Below are positions 24,490-36,668 of a DNA stretch of 64,000 bases, in pieces. The translations under genes and the position numbers were made by a program. This DNA comes from Octopus vulgaris (taxonomy: Eukaryota), in the NCBI GenBank assembly GCA_951406725.2, contig OX597818.1, positions 19,964,001 to 20,028,000 of the forward strand. Direction: 5' to 3'. Position 1 is the stretch's first letter, and the number at the start of each line of letters is the position of its first letter. Under the pieces are notes generated by a model. That model worked only from the letters and a program-made list of their open reading frames with translations, made no database searches and was not told the origin of the DNA.

Positions 24490-25755
24490 ATCTTCATCAT
24501 CGTTTAACGTCTGCTTTCCATGCTAGCAAGCCAGTAGGCAGCACCAGGCTTCAAACTGATCTGGCAACGTTTCTACAGCTGGATGCCCTTCCTAACACCA
24601 ACCACTCCAAGAGTGTAGTGAGTGCTTTTTACGTGCCACCAACATGGGAGCCAGTTAGGGTGCACTAGCATCAACCACATTCGGATGGTGCTTCTCGGGT
24701 CTAACTCTTCCACAGGTTCCTTCCACCGTTAGGGTGTGACACTTCTTCACACAGCTGTCCTCATCCATATGCAACACATGACAATACCAGTGCAGTTGTC
24801 TCTCTTGTACACTACATCTGATGCTTCTTATGTCCAACTTTTCTCTCAGGACACTTACACTCTGTCATGTATGCTCACTGATATTATACATCCAGCTTAA
24901 TTTCTTTGAAGTCTACACATGTCTTCAGCAGTCATGGCCTATGCTTCACTTTCTCAGTCTTCATATCCTTAATTGCTTTATCTACCAGGGTACTGTTAAT
25001 TTGGGTAGCTGGTCCCTCAGTTGGGTCAACCATTGGCAGTACAGTATTGTTCCATTACTACATTACCCTAGGTCTGGAAGGGACTTTTCACCAGCCACAA
25101 ATTTGGTCTGTGACATTCAGCAAGCTGTCTCGCAGGAATTCCCAGTTGCCTTTTATGTCACAAGTCTGTAGCTCCTCCTCCCTCTCATCAATTTTTCTCA
25201 ATGAGGATGCCCCTAAATCTCTGACCATGAGAAGGGTTCTTAAGTTTCCAAATCCTTCTTTTCCAGATTGGTCTGCTTCTTGGCATCCTTCTGGCCTTGA
25301 GTCTAAAGTCACTAATAACTAGTCTATGCTGGAGGGTACATTCTTCAGAGAGTGTCAATTCCATGGCTCCCATATACACCATGGAAGATACCAGGTTGTT
25401 GGGCGACATGCCCATTAAAATCTCCAGTAAAAAGACGAGATCATTGTCACTCGTGTTTGAGGTAGCCTGTGGAAGAATATCATAAAAGTGGTCCTTTTGT
25501 TCATTTGGTAGGCCTGTTTGCAGGGCATAGGCAGAGATAATTGTAGCTATGCTATTCTACAAGACTAGCCTGAGTTTAAGCACTTTATCACAGACCCTAA
25601 CTACCTCTATGACCTTATCCACCCATTTTTCTGCAAGAAGTTTGCCAAACAGATTGCGATCAGAATGTACAAAATCAGGGGTATTGTGCAACCTCATTGT
25701 TGGTGCATGGCCTGAGAATCCACATGAATGGCAATGCATCATTCCATGCACATAA
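24490..25755 (-). mobile_element. RTE-type LINE, internally deleted: EN fragments, C-terminus and (GAT)n 3' end
   Basis: EKWVDKVIEVVRV.DKVLKLRLVL...IISAYA.Q.G (APE domain); VQERQLHWYCHV..MDEDSCVKK...VEGTCGR.RP joined to the 3'UTR repeat. Confidence 0.8.
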
Positions 25756-26245
25756 TACTAAGATGACAATTTGCAGAGACTGAGTGATTAGATTCTGAGA
25801 TCATTCAGGACACAGAAAAGGAAACCATGCTTATGGGAACATTTGTGCTCAGTTGCCTGAGTTACAGTTTCCAGTTATGCTCACCACATGGCATCAAGTT
25901 AACAGGAGAAGCATAGCTGTATAGTTAAGAAGTTTGCTTCACAACCTCATGGTTTTGGGTTCAATCCCACTGCATGCCATCATGGGCAAGGGTCTTCTAC
26001 TATAGCTCCAGGCTAAGTAAATTCTAATCAATGTATTTGATAGACAAAAACTGAAAGAAGCCTTTCATGTATTAAGAGAACTGTTCTTCATTCCAACACA
26101 TGTATACCAGCATGTATTCTAATTGAAATAAACAAAATGGCGATTAAAGAATATGGTACTTGTTGACAAGTCACCTGACAAGGCATGTCTTCACCTTATG
26201 ATGCACCATGACTATTTGTACAGTCTCACCCATAAGGGGCCAATG

Positions 26246-26423
26246 TTAGAGAAAGTTGTGGCAAAAGAGTACAATAGGGGTCGCCACCACCCCCTGCTGG
26301 AGCCTCGTGGGGTTTTTAGGTGTTTTCTCTCAATAAACACACACAACACCCAGTCTGGGAATCAAAACCGCAATCCTCCGACCGCAAGTCCGCTGCCCTA
26401 ACCACTGGGCCATTGCGCCTCCA
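26246..26423 (-). mobile_element. tRNA-derived SINE (family D), full length with 15-bp TSD
   Basis: Head GGAGGCGCAATGGCCCAGTGGTTAGGGCAGCGGACT...GGTTTTGATTCCC; TSD cataaggggccaatg at 26231-26245 and 26424-26438. Confidence 0.88.
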
Positions 26424-26944
26424 CATAAGGGGCCAATGCATGATGAAAATGTTTAAAATACATGCAGTGTTTGCCTACTTATTCTCCTTATTCCATCCTC
26501 TTTCCTTTTATATCACTGGCCCAGTTTTACTCTCCTGCTTCTTTCCCATCTCTGTATGAAGCTCCAGTGGTTTTGTGTTCCTTATCAACTGCAACCAGTT
26601 TTTCTTAGATGATGTAAAACTGTTCTGTTTCTCTTTAATTTCACTCCTGTCAATTTTTCCCTGAGGAAGGACTCTATCTGAAATATCTGATTTTCCATGC
26701 TCCATGGCAAACTCGTATTCTTTTTGTCAAATTTACTGTATGTATATATATATATATGTGTGTGTGTGTGTACATGTATGTTTTGTTGTCCCTTTTTGTA
26801 TTACCTAGTTATCCGGATGTTTTGTGTTCTTGTCCCATTTTGTATTTTATATGATGATATATATATCTGTATATATGACTGCGTGTGTACCGTTGGCGAT
26901 TTTTTTCCTCTGTCTTCCCTTCTCTGGATCTTTCCTTCTCCTAT

Positions 26945-26979
26945 GTTTCCGACGAAGAGCTCCACTCGAAACGTTAAAC
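26945..26979 (+). ncRNA. Minimal hammerhead variant (CCGACGA core) in a Penelope-like terminus (about 26770-27080)
   Basis: GUUU CCGACGA A GAG-CUCCA-CUC GAAAC GUU AAAC; U4C substitution. Confidence 0.5.
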
Positions 26980-27107
26980 CCTCCTTCTTTCCTTCTCTCC
27001 TGAGCGTCCAATAATACTATATTTGTTCCACATCCTCGCGTTGTGTTTTTTTGTGCTTTCTTGTTTGGATTAACTATGTATATATATATAAATATATACA
27101 TATATAT

Positions 27108-27682
27108 ATCATCATCATTGTCATTGTCATTTGACGTCCTCTTTCTTTGCTGGCATGCGCTGGATGGTTTGACTGAGGGCTGGTAAGCCAGAAGGCTGCA
27201 CCAGGCTCCAATCCGATCTGGCAAAGTTTCTACAGCTGGATGCCCTTCCTTATGCCAACCACTCCAAGAGTGTAGTGTGTGCTTTTTACATACCACCGGC
27301 ACAAGGGCCAATCCGGCAGTACTGGCATTGGCCACGCTTGAATAGTGATTTTTATGTGCCACCGGCACAGGAGGCAGTCAGGCAGCACTGGCAAGAACCA
27401 TGCTCGAATGGTACTTTTTATGTGCCATCAACATGGGACCAGTCAGGCAGCACTGGCATCGACCACACTCAAATGGTGCTTTTTACGTGCCACCGGTACA
27501 GGTGCCAATCAGGCAGTACTGTCATCGGACATGACAACAACTTCACTTGCCTCAACAGTTTATTGCCCAATGATTGAAGGGTCCTCTTAAATAGGCTGGT
27601 TATGCTGCACTGGCATAGGCCATGGTTACAGTCTCACTTGGCTTGCTGGGTCTTCTCAAGCACAACATATCTCCAAAGGTCT

Positions 27683-27685
<3 letters not shown>
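27108..27685 (-). mobile_element. RTE 3'UTR copy with 4 tandem about 66-bp hairpin units
   Basis: Units with tttta(c/t)gtgccaccggcac start near 27283, 27349, 27415, 27480. Confidence 0.8.
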
Positions 27686-27728
<43 letters not shown>

Positions 27729-27870
27729 GTGGTTGGAGTTAGGAAGGGCATCCAGCTGTGGAAGCTCTGCCAGATCAGATTGGAGCTTGGCGCAGCCATC
27801 TGGTTCGCCAGTCCTCAGTCAAATCATCCAACCCATGCTAGCATGGAAAGCGGACGTTAAAGGATGATGA

Positions 27871-27914
<44 letters not shown>

Positions 27915-28061
27915 TGCTTGAGGAGACCTATTGAGTTAGTGTAAGGAAGAACATCCAGCTGTAGAAACACTGCCAGATCAGACTGGAGCCTCCTGGCAAC
28001 CTCCTAGCTTACCAGACCCCGGTCAAACCGTCCAACCCAACAATGATGATGATGATGATAT

Positions 28062-28311
28062 TTAGAAGGTTCATTATTATGGCCAGTCAGAGAGTGACCA
28101 TTGGTTTTGCACCTATAAAACCCTTAGCTGTATAGATGACTCATCAGATTCAAAAGGCACATAATCTCTATACAACCGGAGGAAGAAAAACATGTAGGGA
28201 GGATATGTGCCTCTGTTCATTTGAGTCTGATGAGTCACCTATACAGCTAAGTGCTTTTTAGGTGTGAAACCAATTGTCATTCTCTGACCAACCATAACAA
28301 TCACCCTTCTA
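28062..28311. repeat. Inverted repeat (about 100-bp arms) with a hammerhead motif in each arm
   Basis: 28062-28163 is the reverse complement of 28204-28311. Confidence 0.88.
28223..28282 (+). ncRNA. Type I hammerhead motif (intact core, GUC triplet)
   Basis: GAGU CUGAUGA G u CACCUA-loop-UAGGUG U GAAAC CAAUU GUC AUUC. Confidence 0.65.
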
Positions 28312-28743
28312 TCAATATATTACTGCTCTAATGTTTTAGAGTGCTTCTTTTTCAGATATATGAACTACTGATGTATGGATGGATGGATGGATGTTTGTTT
28401 TTGTTTTGTTTTTTTTTGAGAGAGAGAGAATGTGGAATAATTATTTTCTGGAATTGGATTCAAAGTACATGTAAAACTATAAATAATAGCATGTAAATAT
28501 CGGGTTGAAAAAAACCTTTTGGATAGAAAATAATGAAAGCTGCCTTTGATTTTTTTTTTCCATCCAAGAATATTTTTCAACCCAGTATTTATACATACAC
28601 ATACTAAACATTGAGTGTGTTCTGTTTCCATTTTTTTTTGTCAAAAATAAACTATGTAATATAGCATATGTATATTTATAATGAACAATTCACAAAAAAT
28701 AAACTTTTTATTTTCTCTTCCATTAATGCACTAATCCAATCAG

Positions 28744-28904
28744 CAAGTGCCTTTAACCAATAATTCAGAGTCATTCAATAATTGGCTCAATCCTCCGATT
28801 CCTGTATATTTCCAAGTATATGTCTTCAACTACACCAACAGTGAAGCAATCCAGAAAAATGGGACAAACCCTTCAGTTACAGAAACTGGCCCATACACAT
28901 ACAA
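28744..28904 (+). CDS. SCARB2: SCARB2-like coding exon 2 (QVPLTNNSESFNNWLNPPIPVYFQVYVFNYTN...GPYTY)
   Basis: cag| acceptor, |gtaggt donor, 161 nt (phase 0 to 2), hallmark CD36-family motifs; not in the ORF track in this frame. Confidence 0.95.
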
Positions 28905-29242
28905 GTAGGTTTCATCTCTCTCTCTCTCTCTCTCTCTCTCTAATTCTTCCTTTCTTCTCTCTCCTTCATCCTACTCTAATTCATAACACCATTCTCTCTC
29001 TCACACACACACTCTCTCTCTCTCTCTTTCTCTCTCTCATCAACTTCTCAGCACATTCCTCACTCTCAGTAGCACTTCAGCTCTGTCCTCCCTTCTATAC
29101 AGTTCTGCCTATTTTCTTTCTCTCTCATGCATGTACTATCACTCACGTTTGTCTCTCCCCACTTTTCTTTTTCTATCTCCATTCCTCTTCTCCCTTTTCA
29201 TCCTCAGCTTTTTGTCTAATTGGGTAATTTCTTGAATTACAG

Positions 29243-29381
29243 GGAACATATTGAAAAGGTTGATGTTGTCCTAGAAAATGGTACAGTATCATATCGGGAA
29301 AATAAATACTACATCTTTGACAGAGAGAAGTCTGCAGGGCCTGAATCTAATGTTGTCATTATACCAAACCTCCCAGTTTTG
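29243..29381 (+). CDS. SCARB2: SCARB2-like coding exon 3 (EHIEKVDVVLENGTVSYRENKYYIFDREKSAGPESNVVIIPNLPVL)
   Basis: ttacag| acceptor, |gtatgt donor, 139 nt (phase 2 to 0). Confidence 0.95.
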
Positions 29382-30627
29382 GTATGTTACTTCATAAAGG
29401 TTTACTCATTTATTTTTTTACTGGTTTCACCCGCTAGGCTATCTTGTAGCTTTAAGATTTTGATGAGGTAAGTGTTAATTTTTAGAATGACATTATAGGG
29501 TTGATGTATGAGGCTAGATGTGGGCAGTTTGTACATGAATATTTTGGCCAGATATGGCCAGTTTAAATGCTAGTAGGTTAAGGCTATATTGTCCCCCAGT
29601 GGTACCTATTTGATTAACTTTTGAAAGATGAAAGACACAGTCAACTGTGACAGAATTTGGACTTAGAACATAGAGGATACAAACTGAATGCCACAAGGTT
29701 TTTTTTGCCCAAAGTTCTACCAATTATGCCATCCACTTTATTTTATTGTGATTTTCTTTTACTCTTTTATTGATTCTTGCCAGTAAACCTTTGGCCTTGC
29801 TGGGATAGTATAATTTTAGGGAAAAAAACATATCCTACATCTTATTGAAAAAGGTAAGAAAAAAAAGCACAGCAATGATAAAAACTCTGTTACTGTATTT
29901 ATGGACAGCTAACAACATAAACATATGTTTTTATATTACTACAGCAACCCTTGCATCAGATTCTACATCTGATTTTAATTAATTGGTCAAAGGATGAAAA
30001 GCAGTATCTCTGTCTTTCTAAAGTTACCTCATATGTTCATTGCAGTATTTGACCTAACTGCAAAATGGTCTTGTTGCAGCAGTGTACTTTCTTTGATGGG
30101 TGAAATTGTATTTCACCTGTTCTTGCTGTCAAAACGTATTGAGCTGTTGTTCATTTGTCACCAACCATCATTAATCAGTTTTGTGTATATTATCTGCAAT
30201 TCCTACTTAGCAACTAATTTTTGTTCTCTTTACTGAGATCACTATATTTCATCTTTAGTTTGAATACCTGTAGGTCAGTGTATGCAGGAGAAAACATGGG
30301 CAAAGAAAGAATTCCAGGAATGTGCAGCTCATAAAAAGAATGATTGAGTAAATGTATTTAGTGTGAGTTTTGGAGTGAAATATTGCAGAAACTATCAGAT
30401 GCATCAGGTGGACGTAAATACTGTTAGTAGAAAGCTTGTTAGTTCAGAGAAGCAGAACCAGTAGAAGAGAGAGATAAGTAACTCTGTATCTATGAGCTCC
30501 TGCCAATCAGATGGTTTTCTTTTTGATTTTGTCTTGGAAGTTTGTAGAGCAAGACTCCAATCTAGGTCCTTGTAGATGGTCAGCAATTGATTAGGGCTAA
30601 AATATTTCTTGGAAACCTAGTCCCTGT

Positions 30628-30960
30628 GATGGTGCATGGCTCAGTGGTTTGAGCATCAGGCTCACAATCATGCAGTAGTGATTACAATTCCTGGACCTGG
30701 TTGTATGCAGTGCTCATGAGTAAGACACTTTATTTCACATTGCTCTAGTTCACTCAGCTGTAGAAATGAGTTGTGATGTTACAGGTGCCAAGATGTATTG
30801 GTCTTTGCTTTTCCCTTGGACAACATCAGTGGCACGGAGAGAGGAGACTGGTATGCATGAGCGACTGCTGGTCTTCCATAAACAATCTTACCCGGACTTG
30901 TGCCTTGGAGGGAAGCTTTTTAGGTGCAGTCCCATGTTCATTCATGACCAAAAGGGATCT
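30628..30960 (+). mobile_element. tRNA-derived SINE, family C
   Basis: tggctcagtggtt A-box head; homologous to 9005-9335(-). Confidence 0.65.
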
Positions 30961-32127
30961 TTACTTTACCCTGGTCCTTGTGATGCTATTTTGGCAATGT
31001 TACATGTATATAAGTTTACCACGAGAGATTATTTGAGATTGTGAAGCCTAGCATTTGTTGTGATTTTTAAGGGTATTATAGCCTATTTATTATATATTTT
31101 TCAAAACCGTTTCTTTAATGTGTGTTGTTAGTGGCTATATCTTGATGCTGTTGGAAGTGTGTTAGAGATATCAAAATCTTTTGAGGTGCATCAAAAATTA
31201 ATAGTGTGGGTGAAAGAGAATTCTATCGACATATGCTACAATTTTGCCATTTTGCAGAAAATTTCTGATCCAAGAAATGAGAGATGGACATTAACCATAT
31301 TCCAGGTGATTCTCATGCAACATATAGTTGAAATCTTTGCTTACATAAAGTGCAATGATATTGTTCTTGTTGAAGGGTGAGTGACCAGTGCTTAACAATG
31401 AGAACAAATATCCAGTATATCCTTCTTTGGAGGGAGAGATACCCAAGGAAGAAAGATTATTGACAACTGAAATCATCAGTTTTGTGGTGGAATATGATTG
31501 GTCAATAATCTGTTTGGATATTGTAGCATGTTTCCAGGGATTAGCACTGTAATAGAATCTTGAGGAGTTTGGTGAGGATAGGAGTTAGCTCTTTTGAGCA
31601 TTTAAGGGGTATGAGAGGAATTCTGTCACAGCTGCTCACCTCATTGTGTTACAATGATTGGAAAATCTTTCATACATGGTGATTATGTGTATATGGTGGT
31701 GAGAACAGAGTATGGAGAAAAGGTATTGGGAAGAGTTTTCCTAAGAGTGATTAGGATAGAGTTGCATGTAAAGTATGAACTACAGGCTAATATCTATAAT
31801 AGTATCTACAACAGTTAGTCACAATGGCTATAGTAGTTAGTAGTGGCTAACTATTATAGTTATATCAAATACTGATCACATGTGTAGAGCAATATTTTTT
31901 CTGACTTTATTTAGTTTTTGATAAATTTCAAATCAGATATTTCTTTCAGTTATATAATCAAATAAGAGGGTGTGAACTGAGCATTGCACATTTGATGTAA
32001 TCCTACATGTTTACACAATATTTAAGCCATAGGAACAGTTTCAAAATGTTCACTTTTAACACTCTCAAGCTTTATTTTATAGTAAAACTTCTAATTTATA
32101 CTGTCTTCTAATACTTGATCATTTCAG

Positions 32128-32331
32128 ACTGTGGTCAATTTTGTAAGATACACAAATGCAACTATAAAAACGCTTGTAAATATGCTCACATATATGGACA
32201 AACCCTTCAAGACGTTGACTGTTGGTGACATTATTTGGGGATATAAGGATCCTATTATTGCAAATTTGGCTAAATATATTCCCAAGTCTATGAATGTCAC
32301 TCTTCCCAAAAAATTTGGAATATTTTATGGT
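32128..32331 (+). CDS. SCARB2: SCARB2-like coding exon 4 (TVVNFVRY...PFKTLTVGDIIWGYKDP...KFGIFYG)
   Basis: tttcag| acceptor, |gtgagt donor, 204 nt, phase 0-0. Confidence 0.95.
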
Positions 32332-33408
32332 GTGAGTATATTATGTCTTCTTTTTTTTATTGATCTCTTTTTGTTCTTCAAATAAAATAAAACTGCAAAC
32401 TTATGCTGTTCTATTTACTTAGGCACACATTGTTGTTTTCAAAATGATTTCCAAATACAAGCACATAAATGTAACACAAAGTGGAAAAACTAGCACTTGA
32501 ATACCAAAGGTAGGGTAAAATATAGGTAGAGTGCAAATAATGAAATTAGCAATCTGATAGCCACATTTAAATCTGCCAGTTTTAAATGGACACATACATT
32601 ATTGCTTGGATTTTTGCAGTTCTGGGTGCACCCCATGCATTATTATCTATTTGGCAGGCATCAGCATACTTCAGTAAATAATTTGTGGTCTTGTTAGATT
32701 CATCAATGATAGATAGAATATCATAAGGTAGCGTGAGTCGAAAACAGATCCAAAGCGAATCTTGAGAAAACTGCTGAAGTTTTAAAGAGCCAGGGAAAAA
32801 GATAAGCTGAGGAGACAAATAAAATGATCAAAACTCTACAGTGTTTCAAAGTCCCTTTACACTTGTGAATTGCATGTAGGAGAAGCTTTTCTCCAATGTT
32901 AAAAACAATGGCAATCAGATATATAGATTTGAATATGGCTGAAGATTTTTAGAATGAATAGATACATTATAGTGTATGTGTGTTTTTATTATCGGCGGTG
33001 CACCAGCATAGCATGGCCAGGGCTTTGAGCTGAAACTGATAAAACAAATAGTGATGCATGAGCATGCATGCATACACACACACACACACACACATGTACA
33101 TGCATATACGAAAGTAGATTATCTGTAATGACTTTTGTGTACTTCATACAGAAAAATATGAATTAAAACAGAAACAGCAAAAAAGAAAGAAGAGAAACAG
33201 GAAGTGTCATACATAAATGTATTAATGCATTTGTGTGGTGCGTATATAAACATGTGTTGGTCTGAAAAATATGCTGTAAATAATTGTTAAATAAATTATG
33301 CACTAACTGTATAGTTTTCCACCTGCAAGGAATCGATACAGGATGTGTCACAATAATCATTGTGAGCAATTAAGTTTTCCATGTATTCCATTTTCTGTCT
33401 CTACCATT

Positions 33409-33447
<39 letters not shown>

Positions 33448-33454
33448 CATGTGT

Positions 33455-33496
<42 letters not shown>

Positions 33497-33497
33497 A

Positions 33498-34946
33498 CTC
33501 AACTACAAAAGAAATGTCGCACTGTAAAAGGTTATTTGTTTGACACACAATATTGAGATTATCTGAATTTTATCACATTTGTAGGTAATTTGACATTAGA
33601 AAGATGTCGCTGACCCACAACACCACTCTCTTATGAAAATACTTTTCATGAACATGGTAATGCTCATGAATGCATCTTTATGAAAAGCATGATGCATGTG
33701 CAGAATGTTGGTTCATTGGGTATGAAAAGCACCCAAATTTACCAGCCTTTCATTCATTTCCCAAATGCAGCAAACATGCCAAAACTTATACGAAATCAGA
33801 GTGAGCAAGCCACTGGACATCTCCATGCTGGTCAATGTCCATGAGTCATTGCTAATGACTTGAACTACAGTATTTGGACAACTGAGCGGCTGAGGGAACA
33901 ATATAATGCCACAAATAGCATGGATGATCATCCACTCAGTGGCCGACCGAGGGTTACAACAGCACGTCAAGATTGCCACCTGCACTGACAGCACTTGCAG
34001 GACTGATTCCAGAGGGCAGTGGAATCAGTTAAGCAGATTATAAGGACTCACCACAGACCGATTTATGCAGAGACATTTTGCTACCAGCTGTGATCTTTCA
34101 ATCTGTCTTGTCAATGTCCGGCTAGGGGGCTCCATCCTCACAGACTGTCATCAACGGGCACATCTGCAGTGGGCTCAAAAACGTCAGAACTGGCAATGTC
34201 AGCTCTGACAAAAGTCAATATTGCATTTCTATGGCAGAGCTAGGGTTTGGAGAAGAAGTGGTGAACATGATGCCAATGGCTGTGTGGTAGAGAGAGGCTC
34301 ATAGAGGACAGAGCATCATGGTATGGGGTAGAATTGCACTCAACCAGAAACTTGGACCAGTGGTCTTCCAAAACATTGGCCAAGGTTGGGGCAGTGGAAT
34401 GACCACTGCTCACTACATTGACCAAGTGTTGAGGCCTCACATTGTGTCATACTTTGCCCGTCATCGGAATCATGTGTTCCAACAAGACAACACTCATGCC
34501 CATACTGCCAGGTTGACAACAGACTTCAGCCAACAGCACAACATCCAGACACTACCATGGTTTGCCCTAAGTCCGGACTTGAACCCCAAAGAGTACCTGT
34601 GGTACGAAATCCAAAGAAAGCTAAATAACATCCATCCAAGGCCAACAACTGCAGCACAGCTCATTGCAAGTTTTAACAGAGTGTGGGCTGCTATCCTCAT
34701 GGCCTTTATCAAACATTTGATGCATTCAGTGTACTGAAGATGCCTGGCGATAATCAATGCTAACGGTGGTCACACAAGATATTAAGTTCATTGCTTTGGA
34801 TCCAGAACACCCCGTCATCACATGACTCCATGTGACATGAAACATGTTTCAGGAAGTGACGTTTTATCATTCAATCAATGCTATGGCTGTCTGTTAATAA
34901 ATCGGTTTCTATTTAGTATGTCTATGATGTTTCTTTTGTGGTTTGG
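33498..34946 (+). mobile_element. Tc1-like (DD34E) transposon, near full length, decayed
   Basis: TIRs c..aac.acaaaagaaa at both ends with TA flanks; ORF 34318-34737 MVWGRI...VFQQDN...H...LPW...SPDLNPKE with 34 residues between D and E. Confidence 0.9.
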
Positions 34947-34999
34947 TATACATATATACAAACGTGTGTGTGTGTGTGTGCACGTGCACATGTAAATAA

Positions 35000-35352
35000 T
35001 CATCATCATCATCATCATCGTTTAACGTTCGCTTTCCCTTCTAGCTTGGGTTGGACGATTTGACTGAGGTCTGGCGAACCAAATGGCTGCACCAGACTCC
35101 AATCTGATCTGGCAGAGTTTCTACAGCTGGATGCCCTTCCTAACACCAACCACTCCGAGAGTGTAGTGGGTGCTTTTACATGCCACCGGCTCGAGGACCT
35201 GTTAGGTGGTACTGGCAACAGCCACGCTCAAATGATGCTTTTTATGTGCCACCTGCACAGGAGCCAGTCCAGTGGCACTGGCAACAACCTCGCTCGAATG
35301 TTTTGTTCACGTGCCACCAGCACAAATGCTAGTAAAGAGACGCAGGTAACGA
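35000..35352 (-). mobile_element. RTE 3'UTR copy
   Basis: Family match, (ATC)n at left. Confidence 0.8.
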
Positions 35353-35781
35353 TCATAATAAATATGTATTTATCATTATCATCATCATTTATTGTCCATT
35401 TTCCATGCCGGCATTGGTTAGATAGTTTGACAGGAGCTGGCTAGGCAGAAGACTGCACCAGGCTTTACTGTCAGTTTTGCATGATTTTTATGGCTGGATG
35501 TCCTTCCGAACACCAAACACCTCTCAGTATGGACTGAGTGCTTTTTACATGGCATCAGCACTGGCAGGGTCACCAAGTAACTTGCAAGACAAAGATAGTT
35601 TGAGAGGTGGGGTGGGGCATTGGAGAAGGTGTCCTTGTGATGATGATGATGTGTGTGTATGTGTATGCTGTGTGGTTGAGAAATTTGCTTCCCAACCATG
35701 TGGTTTCAGGTTCAGTCCCGCTTTTAATAGATATATTGCACAATGATAATTATGAACTTCTTTGTTATATCTGTTCCACAG

Positions 35782-35873
35782 AAAAACGGCACTGATGATG
35801 GAAACTACATAATTCATTCTGGAACTAAAGATGTGAATGATCTTGGAATCATCAAATCCTGGAATGGAGTTAG
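35782..35873 (+). CDS. SCARB2: SCARB2-like coding exon 5 (KNGTDDGNYIIHSGTKDVNDLGIIKSWNGV)
   Basis: ccacag| acceptor, AG|gttaga donor, 92 nt (phase 0 to 2). Confidence 0.93.
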
Positions 35874-36199
35874 GTTAGAATTACACACATTTTTCATATT
35901 TTCAATTTTATTTCTTTCTTTTATCTATTGTCTTTTATTTGTTTCAGTCATGAGACTGGCCATGCTGGGGCCCTGCCTTGAAGAATTTCAGTTGAATAAA
36001 TCAACCCCAGTACTTATTTTTTTTTAAAGCCTGGTACTTATCCTATCAGTCTCTTTTGGAGAACTGCTAAGTTACAGAGACTTAAACACACCAACACCAT
36101 TTGTCAAGTGGTGGTGGTGGTGGTGGAACACACACACACATACACACACAAAGACACATACATTGATATATGTATGTATGTATATATATATATATATCA

Positions 36200-36668
36200 G
36201 TTTCACATAGCAGCCCCAGCCCATTCAAAGTACCTTGGATTGCAGAACAGCCTGCTGTGCTTACCTTGGATCATGGGGCAACCTGCTGTGCTTGAGGAGA
36301 CCTATTGAGTGAAGTACATCAACATCAAAATAAAAATCAAATAGAAATAGTAGTTGTGATACCTGTGCTGGTGGCATGTAAAAAGCACCATCTGAACATG
36401 GCTGATGCCAGCACCACATTGACTGGCTTCCGTGCCGGTGACACGTAAAAAGCACCAACCAGTCGTAGATCCTTCCAGCCTCCCCTGGCACCTGTGTCGG
36501 TGGCACATAAAAAGTACCCACTACACTCACGGAGTGGTTGGTGTTAGGAAGGGCATCAAGCTGTAGAAACACTGCCAGATCAGACTGGAACCTGGTGCAA
36601 CCTCCTGGCTCCCCAGACCCCGGTGGAACCGTTCAACCCATGCTAGCATGGAAAATGGATATTAAACG
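36200..36668 (+). mobile_element. RTE 3'UTR copy
   Basis: Family match; inverted relative to 35000-35352 and 40748-41250. Confidence 0.8.

Noticed and set aside
26350-26423. tRNA gene on the minus strand
   Set aside because: SINE head: degenerate B box, no proper acceptor stem, continues into a SINE body with a TSD
27270-27545. CRISPR-like periodic array (about 66-bp period with a palindromic core)
   Set aside because: The spacers are homologous to each other, the array is part of a dispersed RTE 3'UTR, the context is eukaryotic and there are no cas genes
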